Below are positions 11,970 to 21,800 of a DNA stretch of 64,000 nt, piece after piece. Every line of letters starts with the position of its first letter. The stretch's first letter is position 1. This stretch comes from Blastocladiella emersonii ATCC 22665. Taxonomy: Eukaryota; Fungi; Blastocladiomycota. The translations under genes and the position numbers were made by a program. The notes beneath the pieces are model-generated. The model saw only the letters and a program-made list of their open reading frames with translations, made no database searches and had not been told where the DNA came from. The stretch covers positions 186,001 to 250,000 of the forward strand of contig JANHCV010000016.1 in NCBI GenBank assembly GCA_025594325.1, given 5' to 3'.

Positions 11970-12861
11970 TCACTCGCGTCCCCATCTCCTCCTCCCACCA
12001 GCCGTGCTCGCTGAGCGTGTTGAGCGGGACCCGCGGAACGACCAGGTCGGGGAGCGCGTCCAAATCGCGACCATTGAGGTCCTCGATTTGGCAAGGATGC
12101 GCACGCTCGAGAAGCTGGCTGCAGAGCGCGTTGGAAGCCGAAACGCGCTCGACTTTAGACGTGAAGTCGCTGAGCGCGTCCTTGGCCGGCTCGCGGACAA
12201 CTGCTTTAAGCGCGTGGTGGCCCTGGTCATGCACAAGCTTGCGAGTGAGCTCAACAATGTTCATTAGATGGTCGACCGCCAGTTTGAGCTGGGTCGCGGG
12301 TTGAACGCACACGCGACCCGCGACAATCAGGTCGACCGCGGCGATGGCAAGGTCGATAACGTAATCGTGCTCCTCGGCCTTGATCACGGCCTGCGGCGAG
12401 TCGCCACGAGGAACCAAGTCGCGCAGAAGCTTGAGGTCAATCAAAAGGGCGTCGCTCGGGTCGGACATATCGTCAGGCCCAGCAACAGCCACGCTACTAC
12501 CATCGTTTACCTTCAAACGCTTGGAAGAAGCCTTGGCTAACCGTTTGTTTGCCTGGCGACGGGCGATCACTTTCTTTGAGTACTCGTCGATGAAGCGGCC
12601 CTTGGGGTACTTCTCCAAGTACGCATAAGCAAGAACGGCACAGGCCTTGTTTGAAAGCGTTTGGAGGCTGTAAGGAGTGAGCCCGCGCAATCCGCCAATC
12701 GGAGAACTGTTCAGCCGCTCGAGTTCACGATGCATCGAGTCGCGGGTGTGTGAGAGCAGCGCGACATGGTCGCTCGGCTGGGTAGCGCCGTCCACGGCGT
12801 CACCGGCCGGTACATGAGATTTCGACGCATCGTTTGCATGGGGTTCCATTTGTTTTATCAT
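11970..12861 (-). CDS. Hypothetical protein (cargo)
   Basis: 299-aa ORF with protein-like composition and no recognised domain. May be decaying. Confidence 0.4.
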
Positions 12862-13106
12862 GGTGGATTAAGTGCACGGGTGGGTTACTGTCGGGGTCGG
12901 GTCGCTCTCGCACCGTGAGCGAGGGACAGAGACGCGGCTCCGCGATCTGGCGCCACAGCGCTCGCGTCATGTGACGGCGTCCGCTCACAATTTCCGTGGC
13001 CAGCCCGCTCTTCATCACTCCGTTCGGGTGTCACTGTGCGGGGCTCTGCCCAAGTGCCCCTCTCGCCGCGATCATTTGGCGCAACGGACGCGATCAAGTC
13101 AAGGGA

Positions 13107-13739
13107 TCAACAAAGCGACACTGTATATACATGCAACGACATGAAACTCTCGATCGACTCTGAACAAACTACTGCGGCGGCGGACGCGCGCGACGACTTG
13201 AGCTCCTTCTCGATCTTGATGAGCGCGTCGTGCGCGTCGCGGAGAAAGTAGCCGGCGATGATCTTGCACTTGGCGTCGCGCACCACGCCGCGGTCCGAGA
13301 GCGCGAGCGTGCACGGGTCCACGAACGCGGGGCACGGCAGGTCGACGATGCGGTACTGCTCCTTGAGCTTCTCGGGCAGCTCGGGCGGGAACCGCAGCAC
13401 GCGGTCCATGGCGGCCCACGGGAAGTCGTCGATGGCGACGCGGACGATCTTGGCGCCGATGAACATCATGCCCGTCACGATGCACGCGCGGCCCGAGTGC
13501 TCCATCTTGTCCTTGCGCGCCTCGCGGAATCCGCTGGTGCAGCGGTCGTCGGGCGAGATCATGGTGATGCGCGGGTTGGTGCTCAGGTCATCGAGCTTCT
13601 CGGGGGCGAGGTAGCGGGCGTCGGCGGTCGCGGCCGTGGCGGCCTTGTCGGCCTCGACGCGCTCGCGCTCAGTCGCGCGGCGGTCGGCCTGCGCAAGACG
13701 GCGGCTTTCGTCGTAGGAGGTACTCTCGTCGGTCGTCAT
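13107..13739 (-). CDS. Hypothetical protein (cargo)
   Basis: 210-aa ORF with strong GC3 bias from 13739 to about 13190. No recognised domain. Confidence 0.5.
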   Translation of the reverse strand: MTTDESTSYDESRRLAQADRRATERERVEADKAATAATADARYLAPEKLDDLSTNPRITMISPDDRCTSGFREARKDKMEHSGRACIVTGMMFIGAKIVRVAIDDFPWAAMDRVLRFPPELPEKLKEQYRIVDLPCPAFVDPCTLALSDRGVVRDAKCKIIAGYFLRDAHDALIKIEKELKSSRASAAAVVCSESIESFMSLHVYTVSLC

Positions 13740-13825
13740 TTTCTGAACACGCGCTTGCGCACGCTTGGTGTTGGTTGCAGCGGGTGCTCGAGGCGGATCG
13801 GGCGGCTATACACATGAGCAAGGAA

Positions 13826-14676
13826 TCAGCGAGTCTCTTGTTGTGCAGACCAATCGATCACACGCACCAGCGTGACAGGAACGGCATAGGGGCCAGCGCC
13901 CTCGTAGAAGTTGCGCGTCACTATCGCGTCGACGGGCGCGTGCGCCGCGTACGGCTCGTGCAGGTTGGTTCGAGGCGCGGGTGCAGCGACAGATGGTTGT
14001 AGAACAGGGAGCGAGTGCGTGACGGCAGGCGCGGGCGCGGGCGCGGGCGGAGCGGATTGCTGGACTGCTGGGGCGCACGCAGGCGCAGATGGGAGAGTGT
14101 GCGAGGCGGAGAGCGAGAGTGGAAGCGCGACAAGTGGTGCGGGCGTGGCGGGGAGCGGGAGCGCGACAGCGGGAGCGAGCGCCAAGTGTGGAGGGCGAGC
14201 TGTGACAGGCGCGGGCGCAGCGCGTAGTGGATAAGTCGCAGCCGGTGCGGGCGCAGCAGGTGGCGGGAGCGCAACAGGCGGCGCGGTCGCGGCAGATGGT
14301 GCGTGCGTCGCGGCGGCAGGCGGACCCCAGATGCGGGCGAGCTGGTAAGCATGCGGGAACTCGTGTCGACGAAGACGCGCTGCTCCTCGTTCAGCGAGGA
14401 CCGATCACGGAGGGCGTCGGCGGTGATGCCCAGCACGTTGGTCTGCAGCAGGTCGTTAAAGCTCTCCTTGAGCTTGTTGACCTTTCGCTCAATGGTGGTG
14501 GTCGCGATAGCGGACGCAGAACCCAAAGCGGACACCCGTTGAGGAAGATGAGCTTGCGCATCCAGAAGAGCTTTTCGTCGAGCGCCGCGTGCGCTGAAGG
14601 TCGTGTAGTTGTCGCCGGAGCACAGCCAGTTGACGAGGCGCGAGGTTTTGTTGGCCGACCAGCGTGGCGCGGCCAT
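13826..14676 (-). CDS. Putative Myb/SANT-like (trihelix) protein with a Pro/Ala-rich tail (cargo)
   Basis: The N-terminus WSANKTSRLVNWL...NY...IERKVNKLKESF fits a trihelix pattern. It probably splices (ACCAG acceptor) into the PA-rich frame of ORF 13826..14185. Exon limits are uncertain. Confidence 0.35.
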
Positions 14677-14908
14677 GGTGGAGCGGGAGCGGTTGCGCGG
14701 AGTCGAGTATCAGATGATGTTGATGCGTTGCGGTATGATGTATGGACGGGAGCAAAATAGCGAGAGCAGACGAGGAGCAACAAGAAAGCAGGCTCGCGAC
14801 GCGCCACGGGGAGTGCGGGGCCTGCACGCTGCCCGCCGCCTCCCTCCCCTCCTCCTCTTCCCTCTGCGAAGCAGTCGGTTCCTGCTGCCCACGCCGATAC
14901 ACCCCACC

Positions 14909-16731
14909 ATGTCCGTCGTTGGTATTGATTTCGGTAACCTGCAGACGTGCATTGCCGTCGCCCGCAGCCGCGGCATCAACATCATCTGCAAGGAGGTGTC
15001 AAACCGCTTCACCCCGTACGCTCCTGCCGCCAGCGTCCTCGCACCAATCCGGTCCGCCCGCTGACCCCCGGCCCCATGCACGCCGCCCGTCTAGCTCGCT
15101 CGTTGGCTTCGGCCCCAAGTCGCGCCACCTCGGCAAGGGCGCCGCGACGCTGCACGTGTCGAACCTGAAGAACACGGTCAGCTCGCTCAAGCGCCTGGTT
15201 GGCCGCCCCGCGACGGACGCGACGCTCGCCAAGGAGCGCGAGTACACAATGGCCAACATGGTCGCGTCAGACCCGTCCGTGTCGCCATCGGGCGAGATTG
15301 GCGTGCAGGTGCAGTACCTCGGCGAGGAGCGCACCTTCTTGGCGACCCAGTGCGCCGCCATGTACCTCGGCAAGATCAAGCAGATCACCAAGCACGAGCT
15401 CAAGGCGCCTGTCTCGGACGTGGTCGTGTCAGTCCCCGTGTGGTTCTCACCTGCCCAGCGCCAGGCCATGATCGAGTCGTGCAAGATTGCCAGCCTCAAC
15501 CCGCTGCGCATCATCAACAACACCACTGCTGCGGCCCTCGCCTACGGCATCACCAAGACGGACCTGCCCGAGGAGAAGGAGTACCCACACAAGGTCGTCT
15601 TCGTTGACATTGGCCACTTGTCAACCTCAATTGCCGCCGTTGCCTTCGTCAAGGGCAAGCTGCAGGTCGAGGCCACCACCGCCGACCCCTTCCTCAGCGG
15701 CCGCGACCTCGACCAGCTCCTCATCAACCACTTTGTGGCCGAGTTCAAGGAGAAGTACAAGTTCAACCTCGCCCAGCACCCCAAGCCCCTCTTCTGCCTG
15801 CGCGCCGCTATTGACAAGCTCAAGAAGGTGCTGTTGTCCAACTTGCAGGCCCCGCTCAACATCGAGGCGCTGTTCGAGGACCGCGATGTGTCGTCCATGA
15901 TCACCCGCGACGAGTTCGAGAAGTACGCCGAGCCCTTCACCTTGCACATTGCGCCCATGATCTGCAACGTGCTCTACCAGGCCGGCTGGACCAGGGAGGA
16001 GGTGTTCTGCATTGAGACGGTGGGCAGAACCACCTGCGTCCCCGCAATCCGCAAGGCCATCATCAAGTACTTTGAGCGCGACCTGCTCTTGTTCACCATC
16101 AACCAGGACGAGGCCGTGGCCTGCGGGTGCGCCCTCATGTGTGCCATCATCTTGCCCGCGTTCTGCGTGCACAAGTTTGAGATCAAGGACGTGTCGGCGT
16201 ACAATGCGACTGTGTTGTGGATGCAGCACGCCAAGGCAGGCGCCGGCGACGAGGCCAAGCAGCTGACCATGTTTGAGAAGGGCGCCGTGGTGCCTGCGAC
16301 CAAGGTGCTGACTTTCTACTGCAAGCCCAAGCAGCTGTTCAAGTTCGAGGCCAACCTTGACGCCAAGGCGACGCCGCCCGCGACGCAGGGCGCCACCTTC
16401 CTCAGCCGCCACACCATCACCAAGGTGCCTGTCGGGTTGACTGAGAACCCCAAGGAGCTCACCACGCTCAAGGTGTGCGTGCACATGAACCCTAACCACA
16501 TGGTGTCAGTTGAGTCGGCCCACACCCTGGTCGAGGACAACACCCCCGAGGAGCCCGCAGCCAAGGGCAACGCGCCCGCTGCGTCCGAGGAGCCGCCCAA
16601 GAAGAAGCACAAGGAGGTCAAGGTGAGGGTGGTCTTGTTGGAGCCCGGCCTTGCCAAGACGGTGGTGCAAGACCTCAAGGAGGTGGAGAACTCAATGGCG
16701 TTGTCAGACCGCCTGGTGTTCAACACGGAGG
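14909..16731 (+). pseudogene. SSE1: Hsp110/SSE-family Hsp70, 3'-truncated and CpG-hypermutated copy
   Basis: MSVVGIDFGN, NRFTP|SLVGFG (intron 15016-15094), VFVDIGH, LNIE, NQDEAVA. It ends at ...LVFNTE G|GTACGC and the C-terminal helical lid is absent. Many conserved residues are altered by C>T or G>A changes at CpG. Confidence 0.88.
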
Positions 16732-16838
16732 GTACGCTCTGTTGTCACTGCGCCGCGTTGCTGCGCGTGCGTTCGCCTGACTGATCCTCTCAAGAACATG
16801 ACACTAACGCACTCACCCGCTCCGCTCCGCACTTGCAG

Positions 16839-17538
16839 AGGATGCGACCCTCCTCAACCCCTACTTCGAGACGGCATGCGACCTGACGCTGTGGCACAAG
16901 CCCGTCATCTCGGGCAGCGTGTTTGCCGGGTCCGTGGTCGGCGTGCTGGTGGCGCGCTACTACTCAGGCGACCTGCTGCGCATCATTCTTGGCCTCGCCT
17001 TTGGCGCCGTGCTGCTCAACCTTGCGTACACGCTCGTGTCCAAGGTGATGGCCAAGGCCATGGGCACAGCGGCACCGCTGCCGTTGGCGTCGCGCGCGCT
17101 GTCCAAGGCGCGCATCAAGATCACCGAGGACCAGGTCCGCCACGTGTTGATGGTCGCCGTGGCGGTTGCCAACCGTGGGCTCAAGACGGCTGCCGCCCTT
17201 GTCCTTGTTGAGGACATTGCCCAGTCAGCGCTCGCCCTCATTGCCCTGTACTTTGCCTGGACCATGGCCACATATCTGTTGACGTCAACGCTCGTCCTGA
17301 TTGCCCTTGTCCTCGCCTTCGCCATCCCCGTTGCCTACGACCACAACTGCAAGCTCATTGACACCCAGCGCGCCATCCTTGCCAAGGTCGCCAACCAGAA
17401 GCTCGGCCTTGTCCTCGAGCAGACCCGCTTGATCCGCGCGACCATCAACGCCAAGGTCAAGTCGGCTAACAGCGCTTCGGCTGCCGCAGTTGCCACCGAG
17501 TCTACCACCGAGTCATCAACCACCACCACCACCACGAC
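16839..17538 (+). pseudogene. Reticulon (RTN homology domain) main exon, cut by the 5' LTR inside a Thr repeat
   Basis: DLTLWHKPVISGSVF, two long hydrophobic stretches, and a ..AIPVAYDHN.KLID motif. Preceded by CTAAC...TTGCAG. The ORF now terminates 16 nt into the LTR (TGA ending at 17554). Confidence 0.8.
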
Positions 17539-17714
17539 TGTCACGGTTCAGTGATCTGACGGCTCGGGCTGGTGGCGCGGGCTGGTGGCGCAGTCCCTCA
17601 TAAGCCGAGCGTTGCCCTTGCTCTCCCTCTCTCTTGTCATTCGTGATACAATCCTTCATTATCCGGCTAGTCATTCCTTGTGGCGCAAGACCCTCCCCCT
17701 CGGCACCTTACACT

Positions 17715-17723
17715 TTGTATCAC
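17715..17723 (+). promoter_or_regulatory. Candidate self-priming primer-binding site
   Basis: TTGTATCAC, 2 nt after the 5' LTR, is the exact reverse complement of GTGATACAA in the LTR (17643-17651). There is no TGG-type tRNA PBS. Confidence 0.6.
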
Positions 17724-17766
17724 TGTAAAACCCCCTCCGAGCGGTGATTTCTTCCACGACGGCAAG

Positions 17767-18847
17767 ATGATAACGCCGGCACAGTTCCTCGAAAAGCTGG
17801 CGACGTTTGACGTTGCGGCCATCGTCCCCAAGTACCAACCAGCTCGCGCCGTGGCGCGACCTGGTCATGCCGTACGAGGACAAAGCCAAGCTCGTCTTCC
17901 TCGCGCTCAACGTCGCCAGCGACTACTGGCAACTGGGCGTGTCGACCGAGGCCCGCGCGGTCGCGGCCGAGCGGCGCGCCGAGACGGCGGAGCGCCGCGC
18001 GTATGCGCTCGAGGTCGAGCTGCGGCAGACGCAGCAGAGCCAGCCGCTCAACGGTATCCTGCAAGGCGAGCTCGACAGCATCCAGGTCAGCAGCGCGCGC
18101 GGGCCGGGCGTGGGCGTTGATGGCTTCACGCCGGCCGCGATGCACGCGCTGATGCGCATGAATTCGGTTGACGGCGTCAACTTCAAGGTCAAGAGCGCCA
18201 TCGCGCAGTACGAGAGCATCCTCCAGCTCACGTTCAACGTCCCGGAGAAGTTCAAGATTGCGCACTTCCACGGCAAGCTGATGGGCAAGGTGCTCAAGGC
18301 CGTGGAGCTGGCGATGGCCGGGTCCAAGTTCGAGGACTACGGCTCGTTCAACGCCTACATCTCCCTCGTCAAGTCGACGCAGCCGGCCGAGAAGTCGGAG
18401 ACCGAGTACGCGCACAAGCTCAAGAACCTCAAGTACGTGCGCGGCGCCATGCCGGCGCGCGATTTCGTCTCCAAGTTCCGCCAGACCGCGTCCGGTGCAG
18501 GCTACCGCGCGCTCAGCGAGCTGGCGATGCAGTTCTACCTGTTGGTCACGGCCGGCAACTCGCCGCTGGCCGCGGACGTGGCCTTCGCCTCGCTGCGCAA
18601 GTGCTACCGTTTCGACAAGATGGTCGAGCACTTCCTGGTGCACGAGGGCGGGGCGGCGGGCGTCGCGGCCGAGCTCGTCCCGGACCCGGACGCCATGGAC
18701 GTTGGCGCGATTCGGCAGCGGGCGGCGGCGCACCAGGGCCGCGCCCTCACCAACATCAAGTGCTACAACTGCGAGGGCTACGGCCACAAGGCGGCTGATT
18801 GCCCGTCGCCCCCGCGCTCGTCGTCGGGAAACGCCAGTCGGGCGTAG
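17767..18847 (+). CDS. gag: Gag with zinc knuckle; apparent +1 frameshift near 17835-17845
   Basis: CYNCEGYGHKAADC knuckle before TAG at 18845-18847. The first ATG (17767) is in a different frame from the main ORF, whose first in-frame ATG is 17867. Confidence 0.85.
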
Positions 18848-21800
18848 CGGAGCAGGCCGCGACGTCCTCGAAGCCAAAACCTGCGGATTTGGGTGGTACA
18901 ACGGCGATGGCCACGGCGGCCGCCGCCGCGGACAAGATGTCGGTGCCCGCCGACAAGAAGAAAAAAATGAACAAAAACAAGAAACAAAACATGAATGATA
19001 AGAAGACTAATGGAAAATCTGTTGCTGCGTACTTTGGTGCACTTGTGCGTCTAGAGATGGCGCAGGACCACCTGCACCTCGGCGGGCTCCTCGCGCATCC
19101 AGGGCTCCGCACGGCGCCGATCCCGACGTTCATGATGCTCGACACGGGCGCGCCGGTTAACCTGATCAGCCGCAGGGTGGCCGAGCAGGCCGGGCTCGTG
19201 CCGAAGCGCCTAGCGCGTCGCATCGACCTCCGCGGTGTCGTCGGGTCCGCGCCGGGCCAGCGCCAGTACATCTCGCATTACGTGCACGCGGCCGTGTCCG
19301 TCACGTCGCCCGAGTTCCTGCACGCGGCGGTCGCGGGATCCCAAACCGTGTTCGCGGACGGCGTCGTGCCTCCCGGCGACGCGTCCAAGCAGAAGCGCGT
19401 GGTGGGAGACGCGGGTCGCGCCATCGACATTCCGTGCCTTCATTGCTCGGTCGCGCGCTTCCTCGTCGTCGACTCTCCCGCGTTTCCGGTGATCATGGGA
19501 CTCGAATGGATGGTCGCGAACGGCGCGAAGCCGGATCCGCGCTCGGCCACGGTCGCGATTGACGGCGCGTGCACTGGTCGCTGCGGGTGCCCGCCCGCCC
19601 AGCGCGTCACGGTGGCCACGGTCGCACCGCGCGTCGACCTCGACCCGCTCGCGTGGGACGAGGCGCACGGCCCGCCCGAGGCGCCAGATGACGCGGCGCC
19701 GAAGCGCGTGCTGCCCGCCAAGTACCTCAAGTGGGCGCACGTCTTCGATGCCGCCGCGGCGTCCGCGCTCCCGCCGCACCGACCGTACGACTGCGAGATC
19801 GAGCTCGTCGAGGGCGCCAAGGTGCCGTTCCTGCCCGTCTACGCCCTGTCGCAGCCCGAACTCGAGGAGCTGCGCAAGACCATCGACGAGAACCTCGCGC
19901 GCGGCTTCATCCGCCCATCGCGGTCGCCAGCCGGCGCGCCGATCATGTTCGTGCCCAAGAAGGACGGGTCGCGCCGCATGTGTGTGGACTACCGCCGCCT
20001 CAACGCGCTGACGGTCAAGAACCGCTACGCGCTGCCGCTCATCGCGGAGCTCATGAACCAAGTGCAGGGCGCGCGCATCTTCACCAAGTTCGACCTGCGC
20101 GGCGCGTACAACCTGGTCCGCATCCGCGAGGGCGACGAGTGGAAGACGGCGATCCGCACGCGCTACGGACATTATGAATGGATGGTGATGCCGTTCGGGC
20201 TGACCAGCGCGCCGGCCGCGTTCCAGGCGTTTGTCAACGACGTGTTCCGCGACCTGCTCGACCGCCGCGGCGTTCTCGTGTACCTGGACGACATCCTCAT
20301 CTTCAGCGAGGACCCCGAAGAGCACACGGCGCTCGTCAAGGAGGTGCTGCAGCGGCTCGCCGACAACAAGCTGTACGTCAAGCTCGAGAAGTGCGAATTC
20401 GACGTGACGCGCGTCGAGTACCTCGGCCACATCCTGACCACCGAGGGCGCCGAGATGGACCCGGCCAAGGTCCGCGCCGTGACCGAGTGGCCCGCGCCAC
20501 GGACGGTCAAGGAGGTGCAGGCGTTCCTGGGCCTCGCCAACTACTACCGCCGCTTCATCCCCGAGTTCTCGGAACTGACCATCCCGCTCACCCGTCTTAC
20601 GCAGAAGGACACGCCGTGGCGGTGGGGCGACACCGAGGCGGCGGCCTTCGCGGCCATCAAGACGCGGTTCGCGTCCGACCAGTTCCTCGCGCACCCCGAC
20701 CCCTCAAAACCGTTCATTGTCGAGGCCGACGCGTCCAACTTCGCCATTGGGTGCGTCCTGTCGCAGGTCGACTACGAGGGCACGCTGCGGCCGGTAGCGT
20801 TCCACTCGCGCGCGCTCAAGGCGGCGGAGCTGAATTATCCCATCTTGGATAAGGAGCTGCTCTCCATCAAGGTCGCGTTCGAGATCTGGCGCCACCACCT
20901 CGAGGGCGCGCAGCACCCGGTCGAGGTGTACACGGACCACAAGAACCTCGAGCACTTTCGCACCATGACGGTCGAGTCGCAGCGGCACGCGCGGTGGGCA
21001 CTGTTCCTCGAGCGGTTTTCGTTCCGGTTCACGTACCGGCCCGGCGCAATCAACGGGCGCGCCGACGCGCTGTCGCGCCGCGCCGACTACGAGCTGTTTG
21101 ACAACCCGATGCTCGGCCGCGCTGTCGTTCCCGCGTCGGCGCTCACGGTGGCCGCCACGGCCGCGGCCAGCGCGCCGCTCGTCGCGGGCACGCAGGGCGA
21201 CGACGTGCTCGCCGCGATTCGGGACGGCCTGGCGGAGGACGAGCTCGCGCAGTCGATGCAGCGGAACCCGGGCAAGCACCCGTCGCTCACCATGGACCTC
21301 GACGGCTTCGTTTGGCGAGACGACCGGCTGTACGTACCGTCGGGCGTCGCGCGCACCCGGGTGATCGAGGAGGCGCACGCGACGCGTGTAGCCGGTCATT
21401 TCGGCGTCCAGCGCACCATCGAGAAGGTGTCGCGCTCGTACTGGTGGCCCGGGATGCGCAATGTGATCGAGCGGTTCGTCAAGTCGTGCCTCACCTGCGC
21501 GCGGGCCAAGGTGCCGCGCCACCGGCCTGACGGCGAGCTGCAGCCGCTGCCCACGCCGCCGCGGCCATGGTCGTCGATCTCCATGGACTTCATCACGGAC
21601 CTGCCGCGCAGCAAGGGTCACACCTGCATCATGGTCGTCGTCGATCGGTTCTCCAAGATGACGCACTTCATCCCGCTCGCCGCGCTCCCGACGGCCGCCA
21701 CGACCGCCGACGCCTTCATCGAGCACGTGGTGCGGCCGCACGGGCTGCCCGACGACATCGTCTCGGACCGCGGGTCGCAGTTCACGTCGCGGTTCTGGTC

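Noticed and set aside
14742-16784. Functional, complete Hsp110 gene of 680 aa as given in the ORF track
   Set aside because: The ORF-track N-terminus is read-through of 5' sequence and intron 1. The real gene starts at 14909, lacks the C-terminal third and has many damaged conserved residues.
10665-17538. RNA-mediated transduction of host genes by the retrotransposon
   Set aside because: The cargo retains introns, contains genes on both strands, is circularly permuted, and has no PBS after LTR-A.
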